The notes under the pieces: generated by a model
The model's database searches: none
Told to the model about the DNA's origin: nothing
The model's input: the letters and a program-made list of their open reading frames with translations, nothing else
Position numbers and translations under genes: made by a program
Shown: in pieces, positions 48,286-58,518 of the stretch
Position numbering within the stretch: position 1 is the first letter of the stretch
How the letters are laid out: every line of letters begins with the position of its first letter
Assembly (NCBI GenBank): GCA_964523905.1
Contig: CAZFYQ010000004.1
Location: forward strand, 31,535 to 95,534
DNA from: an uncultured Gammaproteobacteria bacterium
GTDB lineage: Bacteria; Patescibacteriota; Microgenomatia; Daviesbacterales; UBA10151
Direction: 5' to 3'
DNA length: 64,000 nucleotides

Positions 48286-49344
48286 ATGTTTGCCGAGAGA
48301 ATCACAAGATTAAGACAGCTGTTAATTAAAGAAAAAATAGATGCAGTATTGATTTCAAGTGTTGCAAATATAATTTATCTAACCGGCTATAGTAATTTTT
48401 CTAAAGATGAACGAGAAGCATATTTATTTATCGGTAAAAACTTTGAATATTTAATTACAGATGGAAGGTATACTCAGGCAGTTAAAGAAAAAGTGCCGCA
48501 TTTAACTATTTTTGAAAGGGGCAATGGAAAATCCACTGAAGAGTTATTTAAAAAGCATAAAGAAATTAAAAGTTTAGGAATTGAAGAAGACAATTTAACA
48601 GTTGGTGAATATAAATTTATCAAAAAACATTTCAAAATAATTAAGCATTTTCCAGTAAATCAGCTAAGAGAAATTAAGACTACGGATGAAATTGCCAAAA
48701 TTCAAAAAGCTTGCGAATTAGGAGACCTGGCATTTAAATTTATAGTAGGAGAAATTAAAGTTGGAAAAACAGAAAAGCAAATAGCAGAGGAGTTAGAGGA
48801 ATTTATAAAAAAGCAGGGAGCGCAGTTATCATTTCATACTATAATTGCCTTTGGCGAAAATGCTGCTATCCCACATCACCAAACATCTGATAAACGATTA
48901 ACTATTAACGATAAACTAGTGTTGCTCGATTTCGGCGTGAAGTATCAGGATTATTGTTCAGATATGACCAGAACAATTCTTTTAAAAACAGATCCAAAAT
49001 TACAAAAAATTTATAACACTGTCTTGCAGGCGCAGCAACAAGCAGTTAATTATATTAACGAGCAAATTAAAAACAGTAAAAAAATAATTGCTGAAGAAGT
49101 AGATAAAGCAGCAAGGGAATATATTGCTAATGCCGGATTTCCATCGATCCCTCATTCGCTTGGTCACGGAATCGGTTTAGAAGTGCATGAGCTACCCTAC
49201 ATTTCCGTTAGAAGCAAAGAAGAGCTGCAAGAAGGTATGGTTTTTTCCATTGAACCGGGAATTTATCTGTCTAATTTCGGAGGTATAAGAATAGAAGATT
49301 TATATGTTATAGAAAAAACTGGTTTAAAACAATTAACCGCGTGA
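48286..49344 (+). CDS. Xaa-Pro aminopeptidase (M24B)
   Basis: DFG..YCSDMTRT, HSLGHGIGLEVHE, SIEPGIY, IRIED. Confidence 0.93.
   Translation: MFAERITRLRQLLIKEKIDAVLISSVANIIYLTGYSNFSKDEREAYLFIGKNFEYLITDGRYTQAVKEKVPHLTIFERGNGKSTEELFKKHKEIKSLGIEEDNLTVGEYKFIKKHFKIIKHFPVNQLREIKTTDEIAKIQKACELGDLAFKFIVGEIKVGKTEKQIAEELEEFIKKQGAQLSFHTIIAFGENAAIPHHQTSDKRLTINDKLVLLDFGVKYQDYCSDMTRTILLKTDPKLQKIYNTVLQAQQQAVNYINEQIKNSKKIIAEEVDKAAREYIANAGFPSIPHSLGHGIGLEVHELPYISVRSKEELQEGMVFSIEPGIYLSNFGGIRIEDLYVIEKTGLKQLTA
48891..48918 (+). repeat. heptamer array in the peptidase gene
   Basis: taaacga ttaacta ttaacga taaacta; encodes KRLTINDKL. Confidence 0.8.
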
Positions 49345-49638
49345 CTGACCCCACTGAGCCATTTGCTTGAAGATATCTTCAAGGGATTTGCCCTTGGCTG
49401 TTAGAGAATATTCAACATGCAAAGGGATTTCAGCAAAAACTTTGCGGGAAATTATTTTTTCACTTTCCAATTCTTGCAAGCGAACAGATAAAGTTTTAGT
49501 GCTAATTCCATCTAATAGTTTTTGTAACTGACCAAATCTTTTTTTGCCATCAAATAAATTGTGGAGAATATTCATGGTCCATTTACTACCAACTATTTTT
49601 AGAGTTTTTTCTACACCGCATTTCTGATGACATTTCAT
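49333..49638 (-). CDS. HxlR-family transcriptional regulator
   Basis: C.VEKTL..VGSKW, RFGQL, ISTKTLS.RL.ELE, P.HVEYSLT.KG. Confidence 0.92.
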   Translation of the reverse strand: MKCHQKCGVEKTLKIVGSKWTMNILHNLFDGKKRFGQLQKLLDGISTKTLSVRLQELESEKIISRKVFAEIPLHVEYSLTAKGKSLEDIFKQMAQWGQSRG

Positions 49639-49697
49639 ATAAGTTTTCCCTTGTCAAAAACTTGCCATTAGGCAACTTTTTGCAAGCGATCTCCTTT

Positions 49698-49783
49698 GTT
49701 AAAAACAATTTAAAAACAGTATAATTGTTTTTAACTTCAGTCCGATTACTTTCCTTTTTGTTACTACTTTACTTTCTAAAGTA
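49698..49783. promoter_or_regulatory. inverted repeats in the divergent HxlR/LUD promoter
   Basis: GTTAAAAACAATT-12-AATTGTTTTTAAC (49698-49735) and TACTTT-CT-AAAGTA (49770-49783) next to -10 TATTAT. Confidence 0.5.
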
Positions 49784-49802
49784 TTAAGGTTATTATACTG
49801 CT

Positions 49803-50420
49803 ATGAGTCAATTTGATCAACTAGCAAATAAAGAGTCTGTCGATAAAACCATTGAAGTATTAAAAGCCAATGGCATTAATGCCAAATTTGTTGCAACTGG
49901 TGAAGAAGCCAAAAAAGAAGTACTTTCTATTCTTCCAGAAGGCGCAGAGGTAATGACTATGTCATCTGTTACCATCGACAGTTTAGAAATCTCCAAAGAA
50001 GTGCAAGAATCCGGTAAATATAATTCTGTTAAAAATAAACTAAATAAAATGGATCGGGAAACCCAAAGTTTAGAAATGCTAAAAATCGGATCCGCTCCTG
50101 AATGGTCAGTCGGTAGTGTGCATGCAGTTACTGAGGATGGGCATGTTTTAATTGCCTCTAATACTGGCTCACAATTGCCGGCATATGCTGGAGGAGCAGC
50201 TCATGTGATTTGGGTAGTCGGTACTCAAAAAATTGTTAAATCTGTGGATGAGGGGATTAAAAGAATTGATGAATATATCCTTAATTTAGAATCCGCTCGT
50301 TTAAGCAAAGCCTATGGTAAGGAACTTAAAAGTAATCCTAGTAAATTATTAATTGTTAAAAAGGAAGTTAAACCAGGTCGAATAACTGTTATTTTTGTTG
50401 GAGAAAAGTTAGGTTTTTAA
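49803..50420 (+). CDS. LUD (lactate utilisation/YkgG-like) domain protein
   Basis: SVHAVTEDG, GSQL, VVGTQKIV. Confidence 0.8.
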   Translation: MSQFDQLANKESVDKTIEVLKANGINAKFVATGEEAKKEVLSILPEGAEVMTMSSVTIDSLEISKEVQESGKYNSVKNKLNKMDRETQSLEMLKIGSAPEWSVGSVHAVTEDGHVLIASNTGSQLPAYAGGAAHVIWVVGTQKIVKSVDEGIKRIDEYILNLESARLSKAYGKELKSNPSKLLIVKKEVKPGRITVIFVGEKLGF

Positions 50421-50971
50421 GTATGGTAAATATGAAAGTCCCCTTCGTATTTATCCTTACCCAGTAAAGTATTTGGTTGATCCTTTTCTGTAACTAGTAT
50501 TTTTTTAACTGGTTTCCAGTTTTTGAAATGAAAAGTTTGGGTAATTACCACTGCCCCCTTTTTTAATCTTTTTTTGAGTAGGGTTTCCAGTTTTGCAACT
50601 CCATTGGGTAATAAAAAGATGAAGATATAATCAGCTGAAGAAAAATCTCTTTTAAAAATATTCCCATGAATAAACTTGGCGTTAGGTAAATTATTTTTTT
50701 TGGCTTTCCATCTTGAGTAAAGAATTCTGATCCAGCTTTGTTCAACTCCATAAGCTCTAGTCCCCATCCTAGCTGCCTCTATTACTACCCTACCATCGCC
50801 ACTACCTAACTCCCAGAACTCCATTCCTTTTTTCAACCCTGCTTGTTTTAAAAGTTTTTTTATACGAGTCATTTTAGTAGGAACATATGGTGCATCAGAT
50901 CCGGCAAACCAAGAAAGTGAAATAAAACAGCCGAGCAGTAGGCCGCCGATAATAATTAAAGTGGAATCCAT
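50417..50971 (-). CDS. membrane-anchored SAM-dependent methyltransferase
   Basis: TM, APYVPT, ELGSGDGR. Confidence 0.85.
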   Translation of the reverse strand: MDSTLIIIGGLLLGCFISLSWFAGSDAPYVPTKMTRIKKLLKQAGLKKGMEFWELGSGDGRVVIEAARMGTRAYGVEQSWIRILYSRWKAKKNNLPNAKFIHGNIFKRDFSSADYIFIFLLPNGVAKLETLLKKRLKKGAVVITQTFHFKNWKPVKKILVTEKDQPNTLLGKDKYEGDFHIYHT

Positions 50972-51981
50972 TATTTTCCGAGTATTTTTAGCAGCAATAT
51001 TTTTAATGGCATTAGTTTATCTATGATAGTAAACAAGATATACACTGGCCAGTCTAATACCAAATCATAAGTGCCAATATATTCAGCTAATTTTCCACCA
51101 TATCCCATTTTAAATTTATGGAAACCGTACCAAGGATCTTTTGGATCAGCATTTGGACCAAGAGCCCCCCACATATCAAATTGTTTTAAGTTTAATTTTT
51201 TACCTAACTTAATCGCTTCCCAGGCTATTAAATTATTAGCCATCACTTCCGGATGAGCTTTGGATGAACCACCATAGGGATAGTATAAAGTGTTATTAAA
51301 ATTAAGTAACATCCAAGCGGTCAATGGCTCTTTTCCAAAATAGGCAATTAATAGTCGGGCCATCCCAGTTTCTTTTAAAGTGTCCCAGATCTTCCTATGA
51401 TAATTTTCATTATGTCCGTGGTAACCTTGTCTTTGAGTTGTTTCAAAATAAAGTTTTAAATAGGTATTAAAATCCTTGTCTTCAGTTGTTTCTTTAATTA
51501 CTACCCCATGTTTTTGAGCAACCCGGATGTTATAACGGGTTTTTTGATGCATTTGTTTTAACAATTCTTCTTCAGTCTTAGTTAAATCCAAGACAAAATT
51601 GTATTTTGTAAATAAAGGCTTAGGTGAGTTTTTAAAAGCACTGTTAACTGACAACTGTACACTGTCAGCTTTTTCAAAATTCGGTTCTATTTTAATAAAT
51701 GCACAATTATAATCTTTCCCTATTTTAATTAGGGCTTTAGCTAAATCTGCATCGGGAAAAGGTCCTTTAGGTAAGTAACCGACGTTTTTGCCAAGCAAAG
51801 GAATTTTATGAAGTGTTAGCTGAAAAGCTGTTTTTAATTTACCTTTCTCGTAAAGTCCGTAGCGTAAAACCGGAGTGCCCAATGCCATCCTTGCTTCACC
51901 CCATTGCCATGATTGCATGACATGGGAAACTTTCTGGTTATACTGAGTTTTTTCTTTTTCAGAGATTGGTCTTAGATCCAT
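50971..51981 (-). CDS. FemABX family peptidyltransferase
   Basis: MQSWQWG, KTRYNIR, FDMWGA, GFHKFKMGYGG. Confidence 0.92.
   Translation of the reverse strand: MDLRPISEKEKTQYNQKVSHVMQSWQWGEARMALGTPVLRYGLYEKGKLKTAFQLTLHKIPLLGKNVGYLPKGPFPDADLAKALIKIGKDYNCAFIKIEPNFEKADSVQLSVNSAFKNSPKPLFTKYNFVLDLTKTEEELLKQMHQKTRYNIRVAQKHGVVIKETTEDKDFNTYLKLYFETTQRQGYHGHNENYHRKIWDTLKETGMARLLIAYFGKEPLTAWMLLNFNNTLYYPYGGSSKAHPEVMANNLIAWEAIKLGKKLNLKQFDMWGALGPNADPKDPWYGFHKFKMGYGGKLAEYIGTYDLVLDWPVYILFTIIDKLMPLKILLLKILGK
51637..51664 (+). repeat. heptamer array in the FemABX gene
   Basis: agcactg ttaactg acaactg tacactg; encodes SVQLSVNS. Confidence 0.75.
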
Positions 51982-52001
51982 TTGACCATTATACAGAACA
52001 A

Positions 52002-52697
52002 TTAGAAGATTTGAACGTTGGCTTTTTGTTTTAAGGTTTGGAATTTTTGGCTAAAGATTTGAGAAAGTTTCTGTTGTTGAATCGCATCTGTGGCTTCTTT
52101 TTGTTGACCAGCAGAATCAGTAGCTTTCATTTGGTCTTTATTTTGTTCAATAAATTGATTTACTTCATCAGCGGAAACAGTAGCTTCTTTTTTGTAGAGT
52201 TTGGTAATTGCCAACTGAACTTTAATTTGTTCATTTAAACTGGTTCTGGTTTGTCCTTGTTGAGCTAGTAAACTATCCAAAGCATCTTTGCCACCGACCT
52301 GCTTTTCTAAATCAGCGATTTTTTGATTGATTTCTTGTTGGGTGGGGATATCGCCATTTTTAGCTGCTTCATCGAGGATTATTTTTTCATTAATCATTTG
52401 CGTTAAAGTCTGGGTTCGAAAATCCTGATTTAATTTCATTTGTAGGTCAAGGTTAGTAATTGGCATACCATTAACAGTAGCTGCCACAAACCAGGATTTT
52501 TTATAAATTGCGATTGCCAGTAAAATCACCACAATGACTAAGATGATGCCGTATTTAGAAGAGCGCAACTGAAAAACTTTATCAGGAAAAGTATTTAAAA
52601 AATTATTTAATTTGCCTCCGGGAATAACATTTGAGTTTACGGGTTCTGAGGTGGACTTTTGAATTTTAACTTTTGACCTTTTAGTTTTTACAGCCAT
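52002..52697 (-). CDS. SurA N-terminal domain / PrsA-like foldase
   Basis: TM, VAATVNG.PIT, L..MINEKII. Confidence 0.8.
   Translation of the reverse strand: MAVKTKRSKVKIQKSTSEPVNSNVIPGGKLNNFLNTFPDKVFQLRSSKYGIILVIVVILLAIAIYKKSWFVAATVNGMPITNLDLQMKLNQDFRTQTLTQMINEKIILDEAAKNGDIPTQQEINQKIADLEKQVGGKDALDSLLAQQGQTRTSLNEQIKVQLAITKLYKKEATVSADEVNQFIEQNKDQMKATDSAGQQKEATDAIQQQKLSQIFSQKFQTLKQKANVQIF
52655..52682 (+). repeat. degenerate heptamer array at the SurA-like N-terminus
   Basis: acttttg aatttta acttttg acctttt; encodes KRSKVKIQK. Confidence 0.55.
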
Positions 52698-52761
52698 TGG
52701 CCGATAATAACAGAACTAGTTGTTGCTTGGCAAGCGGTCAATTTTGATCTATGATTTAATT

Positions 52762-53418
52762 ATGAATAGAGGTTCTGCCCTGATACCGCTTGTTTTGCTA
52801 CTAGTATTATTAATTTTATCAGCTGGTTATTTTTATGTTCGAAATTTTGGTGTATTTTCTCATGATCAACTATCCGGTAATGCTAGTATATTCTCCCAAA
52901 CCAAAACTCCGGTTAGTAATACTAAAATATATACCAATTCTGAGTTAAAGTTTAAATTTGATTACAGTAATGATTTATCTGTTTTGTCGGAAACTGAAGA
53001 CAGTTATAACAAAAGAGAAGGCGGAGATTTCCGCAGTAACTTTGCCGGCTATGTTGGTTATCAACCAGGAGTATTTGTCGGAGCAGTGGTAGTTCTCGAT
53101 AAAACCAGATCATACAGAGACAATCCCTTTACGGTTTGGGTTTTTGATAACCCCAATAATTTAAGTGTTGATGTCTGGTATGGTAACTATTGGTATTTCC
53201 CATTTGTCTGGGGAGATTTTACCTATAACGGCAAAATCAAAATAGCTCCCACAGGGGAGGCTACTGTCAGTGGTAAGCCAGCCCAAACCGGCATAGTTGA
53301 TTATCAACCCGGCAAACCAAAATTTGTTTACCTGTCCAAGGATCAAAAGATCTATTTATTTAGAATCATCGGCGCCCCAGGAGAAAAAATCCTTTCTACC
53401 TTTAAATTTACTAATTAG
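52762..53418 (+). CDS. membrane-anchored hypothetical protein
   Basis: MNRGSALI pilin-like N-terminal TM; start after TATGAT-N6. Confidence 0.65.
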   Translation: MNRGSALIPLVLLLVLLILSAGYFYVRNFGVFSHDQLSGNASIFSQTKTPVSNTKIYTNSELKFKFDYSNDLSVLSETEDSYNKREGGDFRSNFAGYVGYQPGVFVGAVVVLDKTRSYRDNPFTVWVFDNPNNLSVDVWYGNYWYFPFVWGDFTYNGKIKIAPTGEATVSGKPAQTGIVDYQPGKPKFVYLSKDQKIYLFRIIGAPGEKILSTFKFTN

Positions 53419-54121
53419 ATATGATGTAAACATCAAGGGCGTGGGATTGCCAGCCTGATGTATGAGCGTCGGGGAAGCCGACATCAATCATATTACCCCT
53501 AACACCACCACCAACATCTCCTGCTACAGCCACACCATATCCTGGAATATACAGTTTAGTGCCTAAAGGGATGACTGATGGATCAACTGCAATTACACCT
53601 TTGCCTTGATGCATGCCTGTTGCAGTCCAGTCATTACAGCCCAGACAATGAGAATCATACTGAGTGGCCCAAACATGGAGCTTTTTCCAGTACTGGATAG
53701 AACCATCTGGAGTATCTAAATCCCGCCAAACAATTTTGGTACCGCGGGAAATTTTTTTATCCTTTGCTTCTGTAGTATCAACTGAAATTACCTCTTTACT
53801 ATAAACTTGTCCATCTTTGGTATAGGTAATTTTGACAGTTTTTATGGTTTTACCATCTTCGCCTTCATCTAATACAGTTTCAGTTCCAGCTTCAGTTTCC
53901 GGGTCATCTTGATAGACTGTTTTTTTCGGTATTACCTCTGTTTCGGTTTCCACCTTTTCTGTAAAAGAAGACTGAGTAGTAATTGGTTGAGTGACTGGTA
54001 AAGTATCCGTTGGGGTTGGAGCATAATCAGCCAAGACCACTGGGGTTTGCCAAAAATATTTGACTAAAAAAGTGACGGCCAAAAGTAAGATAATGCCGAA
54101 ATAGCGTTCCAGCTTATACAT
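53411..54121 (-). CDS. G5 + 3D domain protein
   Basis: G5 (EGEDG..GTK); 3D IAVDPSVIPLGT, DVGG, IDV. Confidence 0.9.
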   Translation of the reverse strand: MYKLERYFGIILLLAVTFLVKYFWQTPVVLADYAPTPTDTLPVTQPITTQSSFTEKVETETEVIPKKTVYQDDPETEAGTETVLDEGEDGKTIKTVKITYTKDGQVYSKEVISVDTTEAKDKKISRGTKIVWRDLDTPDGSIQYWKKLHVWATQYDSHCLGCNDWTATGMHQGKGVIAVDPSVIPLGTKLYIPGYGVAVAGDVGGGVRGNMIDVGFPDAHTSGWQSHALDVYIISN

Positions 54122-56000
54122 TTAACCAATCCTCCTTATCAATTATCTCAACATCTTCCAGCAAACTATCCTGATCTCGGAAATTGGTGTTGCCATCAAT
54201 TAAAGTTTCCGGAATATCAGCTAAAAACCGTGAGACTAGATTATTTGATCTGCTACCAAAAAAAAGCCGTGTTCTGGTATAGGTTAAATATAACTTTTCT
54301 TTAGCCCTGGTAATTCCCACATAACAAAGTCGTCTTTCTTCTTCCAGTTCATTAGGATCCAGCATTGAGCGTGAGTGAGGAAACAGTCCTTCCTCCATGC
54401 CTGACATAAATACTACAGGAAATTCCAGGCCTTTAGCGCTATGCAAAGTCATTAATGTTACTGCATCCTGGTCGAGTTTCTTCCGCCCAGGAGCATCTGC
54501 TGCCTCTACCAAAGCGACATTTTCCAAAAATTCAGTTAATTTCGGAAATTCCTCTGCCACCGAGCGCAGTTCTTTAACATTTTCCATACGATTAATACCC
54601 TCTTCTGTTTTATCATCCAAATATTCCATATACCCGGTTTTTTCTACCACCAAATCCATTAGCTCTAAACTGGTGTATTGATCCAGCTTACCGGCTACTT
54701 CAATATAAATATCCATTACGGCTTTTAGCCGAGCTTTACCGATTTTTTCCGCTCTTTTTAAAGCTACGGAATCCTCCGGATTTTGTAGCAGCCGTAAATA
54801 GCACAGTACATCTTTAATTTCTTTTCTTTGGTAAAACGAAGTGCCGTCCACTAATTTATAAGGCACGCCACTTTTTAAAAATTGTTCTTCCAAAGAGCGA
54901 GACTGGGCATTGGTGCGGTATAAAATAGCGTAATCGGAAAGTCGGGTTTGATCAAGCTGAGACAAGATAAAAATGGCTTCTTCTACCTCGTTTCTGGTTT
55001 CTACTGCCTGAATTTTTGCTCCGGCATCCTTATCAGTCCATAATTTTAAAACCGGATGGGATTTATTTTTGGAAATCACCCCATGAGCCGCATCTAAAAT
55101 TGTTTGAGTGGAGCGGTAATTTTGTTCTAGGCTAAAAACTTTAGTGCTGGGGTAATCTTTTTGAAAATTTAACATATTACGATAATCAGCGCCCCGGAAT
55201 TTATAAATTGACTGCGACATATCTCCCACCACACAAATATTTTGATGGCGTTTGGCTAGATATTTAGAAATTAAATATTGGGCAGGATTAGTATCCTGGT
55301 ATTCATCAATTAAGATATAGCGGAATTGAATTTGATATCTGGTTAAAGTTTGGGGGCTAACTTGAAATAACTTAATGGTTTTTAAAAGCAAATCATCAAA
55401 ATCAACCGCCTTATTTTTTTCCAGGATTTTTTGATATTCCAGGTATATTTTTGCCACAGTTTCCTGAAAATAGCCCCGGGCATATTGCGGATATTCCATA
55501 GCGGAAATCAGTTCATTTTTGGCACCGGAAATAGTGGTTCTAACAGAATGAGGAGAAGTTTTTTGAATCGGAATATTTAAATTATTCATCGCTTCTTTGA
55601 TCACATCCATGGCGTCACCCTCATCGTAAATCGCAAATCCCGGAGGCAAGCCGATTTCTCCGCCATCCTTTCGAAGGACTTTTGCGCAAAAACTATGGAA
55701 AGTTCCCATTAGTGGTAGTTGGTAGTTAGTAGTAGGTAGTTCGGAGTTAAGTAACTTGAGAATACGGTTTCTCATTTCTCCGGCGGCTTTGTTAGTAAAC
55801 GTCACCATCAGGATATTTTCTGCGGGAATTTGCTTTTCTTTGATCAGATAAGCTACCCGGTAAGTTAAGACGCGAGTTTTTCCAGAACCAGCTCCAGCCA
55901 GGATCAAAATTGGTCCATCTGTGGCCTTAACCGCCTCTTGTTGAGCGGGATTTAAATCGTCCAAGAGACTTGTACTGAGCGTACTCGAAGTAGCAGACAT
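54114..56000 (-). CDS. pcrA: PcrA/UvrD ATP-dependent DNA helicase
   Basis: AGAGSGKT, TFTNKAA, DEYQDTN, QNYRS, KGLEF, EERRLCYVGITRA. Confidence 0.96.
   Translation of the reverse strand: MSATSSTLSTSLLDDLNPAQQEAVKATDGPILILAGAGSGKTRVLTYRVAYLIKEKQIPAENILMVTFTNKAAGEMRNRILKLLNSELPTTNYQLPLMGTFHSFCAKVLRKDGGEIGLPPGFAIYDEGDAMDVIKEAMNNLNIPIQKTSPHSVRTTISGAKNELISAMEYPQYARGYFQETVAKIYLEYQKILEKNKAVDFDDLLLKTIKLFQVSPQTLTRYQIQFRYILIDEYQDTNPAQYLISKYLAKRHQNICVVGDMSQSIYKFRGADYRNMLNFQKDYPSTKVFSLEQNYRSTQTILDAAHGVISKNKSHPVLKLWTDKDAGAKIQAVETRNEVEEAIFILSQLDQTRLSDYAILYRTNAQSRSLEEQFLKSGVPYKLVDGTSFYQRKEIKDVLCYLRLLQNPEDSVALKRAEKIGKARLKAVMDIYIEVAGKLDQYTSLELMDLVVEKTGYMEYLDDKTEEGINRMENVKELRSVAEEFPKLTEFLENVALVEAADAPGRKKLDQDAVTLMTLHSAKGLEFPVVFMSGMEEGLFPHSRSMLDPNELEEERRLCYVGITRAKEKLYLTYTRTRLFFGSRSNNLVSRFLADIPETLIDGNTNFRDQDSLLEDVEIIDKEDWLNV
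55713..55747 (+). repeat. heptamer array in pcrA
   Basis: tggtagt tggtagt tagtagt aggtagt tcggagt; encodes SELPTTNYQLP. Confidence 0.88.
55969..55992 (+). repeat. REP-like palindrome at the pcrA 5' end
   Basis: CTTGTACTGAGCGTACTCGAAGTA; encodes TSSTLSTS. Confidence 0.65.
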
Positions 56001-56065
56001 GAAGCATATATTACCATATTTACCGGCTTTTAAAATTACCGGAATAGTGATATTATACTTGTCCT

Positions 56066-56329
56066 ATGGCAACTGTAAAACTTCTAGATTTTTGGGCTGA
56101 ATGGTGCGGACCTTGTCGGGTAATGAATCCGGTTTTGGAAGAACTGGAAAAGGAACTGGCCGGCAAAGTCACTATTGAAAAAATTAACGTTGATGAAAAT
56201 CAACCAATGTCACAAAAATACGGGGTGATGAGTATCCCTACCTATATAATAGAAAAAGACGGTCAGGAAGTAGGTAGAAAAATTGGTGTGACCTCCAAAG
56301 CAGATTTAATGGCTTTGATTAATGGCTAG
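56066..56329 (+). CDS. trxA: thioredoxin
   Basis: DFWAEWCGPC, SIPT. Confidence 0.95.
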   Translation: MATVKLLDFWAEWCGPCRVMNPVLEELEKELAGKVTIEKINVDENQPMSQKYGVMSIPTYIIEKDGQEVGRKIGVTSKADLMALING

Positions 56330-56621
56330 TTTTAGTAAGCGTGTAATCTCAATTGTTAACAAGATTCCTGTTGGTAAAGTAACTACTTATGGCACTATTG
56401 CCACGATGGCTGGGATTCCGCGGGCTGCTCGGTTAGTTGGCGGAATATTACATGCCAAAGAAACTGAAATATCCTGGCAAAGAGTAGTAAACAGGCACGG
56501 ATTTATTTCTACTAAATGTTTAGAATTTCCCAAACCCTTACAAAAAGCACTTTTGGAACAAGAGGGAATTGAGGTTAGTAAAGATTTCATGATAGACTTG
56601 ACTAAATATGGTTGGCCCTAA
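56322..56621 (+). CDS. alkyltransferase-like (ATL/MGMT family) protein
   Basis: IPVGKVTTYG, AARLVG, SWQRVVN (no catalytic Cys). Confidence 0.88.
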   Translation: MASFSKRVISIVNKIPVGKVTTYGTIATMAGIPRAARLVGGILHAKETEISWQRVVNRHGFISTKCLEFPKPLQKALLEQEGIEVSKDFMIDLTKYGWP

Positions 56622-57282
56622 ACACCTCTGGATTGTTGCAAACTGGAAATCTAACAAGACTATTGCGCAGGCTTTGGAGTGGGTGGAAACAGTTGGTCCG
56701 CAAATTCCGAAGACGGTAAACTTAAAAGTGGTGGTTTGTCCTGCCTTTAGTTGTTTGTCTGAGGTTAAAAAAGCCGTAATGGTAGGAAATTTCCCAATAA
56801 TTGTAGGCGCCCAGAATTTATCCCCATTTGATGTGGGTGCTTTTACTGGTGAGGAACCAGCTAGTTTATTAAAAGAATTGGTAAGCTTTTCTATCATTGG
56901 TCATTCAGAAAGACGACAAAACTTTGGGGAAACTGATGAAATGATTGATGCTAAAGTTAAACAAGCTTTGGCCAGCAATATTACTCCCCTGGTTTGCGTC
57001 CAAAGTGCCGGAACTCCGGTGCCACCAGACTGTAAATTAGTCGCTTATGAGCCGGTTTGGGCAATTGGTACTGGAAATCCTGACACTCCGGAAAATGCCA
57101 ACCAGGTAGCGCTTAAAATCAAACAAGCAAATTCTCAAGTTGAGGTAATTTATGGCGGTAGTGTAACGGCAGATAATGTTAAAGGATTTAATAGTCAGGA
57201 ACATATTAGTGGGGTATTACCAGGTAAAGCCTCATTAAATCCTCAGGATTTTATCAATATAATTAATGCATGCAAGGAGTAA
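56608..57282 (+). CDS. tpiA: triosephosphate isomerase (compact)
   Basis: ANWK, GHSERR, AYEPVWAIGTG, YGGSV. Confidence 0.95.
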   Translation: MVGPKHLWIVANWKSNKTIAQALEWVETVGPQIPKTVNLKVVVCPAFSCLSEVKKAVMVGNFPIIVGAQNLSPFDVGAFTGEEPASLLKELVSFSIIGHSERRQNFGETDEMIDAKVKQALASNITPLVCVQSAGTPVPPDCKLVAYEPVWAIGTGNPDTPENANQVALKIKQANSQVEVIYGGSVTADNVKGFNSQEHISGVLPGKASLNPQDFINIINACKE

Positions 57283-57288
57283 GTTTTA

Positions 57289-58518
57289 GTGAAGAAAATT
57301 GATTTACAAACAGATGGAAATTCCCGTAAACGTCCAAAAAAAAGCAAAAGAATTATTAAACTAATTATTTGGCTGATTGTTTTGGGCCTGCTATTCTATT
57401 TTGGACGCGGTTTATTGGGTTTTGATAAATCAAATCCTTTTAGTGGTTTGCATCTTTTGGGAGATACTATTAAATCCACTGACAACCGGGTTAATGTATT
57501 ACTTTTGGGGATTGGCGGCGGCAGTCATGACGGCGGTAATTTAACAGATACAATTCTAGTGGCTTCTTATAATTTAAAAACCAATCAGGTTTATTTTATT
57601 TCCGTACCCCGAGATTTATGGTTGCCTTCTTTAAAAGCCAAAGCCAATGCTGCTTATGAAATTGGTTTAAATCAGGGCAATGGTTTAAGTTTTGCTAAAA
57701 CCGTGATTGGCAATGTGGTGGGGCTGCCGATTCATTATGGTTTAAGAATTGATTTTAATGGCTTTATCCAAGCAGTGGATGCAGTAGGGGGGATTGATGT
57801 AACTGTGGAAAATAGTTTTGATGATTATAATTATCCGATTACTGGCAAAGAAGATGATCTATGTGGTTATACCACCAAACAAATTACCTATTCTCCAGAG
57901 GACGCTCAAAAATTAAATGTTACCCCAGGGGCACAAACCGTGTTTGTAGCGCCGGATGGGACTATTGCTACTAATTCCGCGCAGGAAGATATGGGTGCCA
58001 AGTATTTTACCTGTCGGTATGAACACATCAGTTTTAAAAAGGGTGTAACGCATATGGATGGAGCCACTGCCTTAAAGTTTGTTAGAAGTCGACATGGCAC
58101 GAGTGGTGAGGATTCTGACTTTGCCCGTTCCAGAAGACAACAACAAGTGCTGCAGGCTCTGCGGGGTAAAATACTTTCCCTTTCTACTTTATCTAGCCCT
58201 GGTAAAATCTCCGGTTTAATCAATTCCTTGGGCAAAAGCGTTGATACAGATATTACTTTAAAAGCCGGTGCCCAGTTTTATAATTTGATTAAAAAAATGA
58301 ATACGACTAATAATTTTGTTTTGGATAATAGTAAAAAGCTGGGATTACCAGGAGGCAGAACCTCTTTACTGATCGAGCCTAATCCAAAGGATTATGGTGG
58401 AGCTTATGTGTTGGTGTCCCAAGATGATGACTTCTCAACTATTCAAGGATTTATCAAAAAATTAATAAACGGGGAGGTTGACAATGAAGGTAGTCCTTCT
58501 GCACGGATCAGGAACTAG
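57289..58518 (+). CDS. LCP (LytR-CpsA-Psr) family protein
   Basis: TDTI, SVPRDL, DAVGGIDV, FVRSRH, DFARSRRQQ. Confidence 0.92.
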   Translation: MKKIDLQTDGNSRKRPKKSKRIIKLIIWLIVLGLLFYFGRGLLGFDKSNPFSGLHLLGDTIKSTDNRVNVLLLGIGGGSHDGGNLTDTILVASYNLKTNQVYFISVPRDLWLPSLKAKANAAYEIGLNQGNGLSFAKTVIGNVVGLPIHYGLRIDFNGFIQAVDAVGGIDVTVENSFDDYNYPITGKEDDLCGYTTKQITYSPEDAQKLNVTPGAQTVFVAPDGTIATNSAQEDMGAKYFTCRYEHISFKKGVTHMDGATALKFVRSRHGTSGEDSDFARSRRQQQVLQALRGKILSLSTLSSPGKISGLINSLGKSVDTDITLKAGAQFYNLIKKMNTTNNFVLDNSKKLGLPGGRTSLLIEPNPKDYGGAYVLVSQDDDFSTIQGFIKKLINGEVDNEGSPSARIRN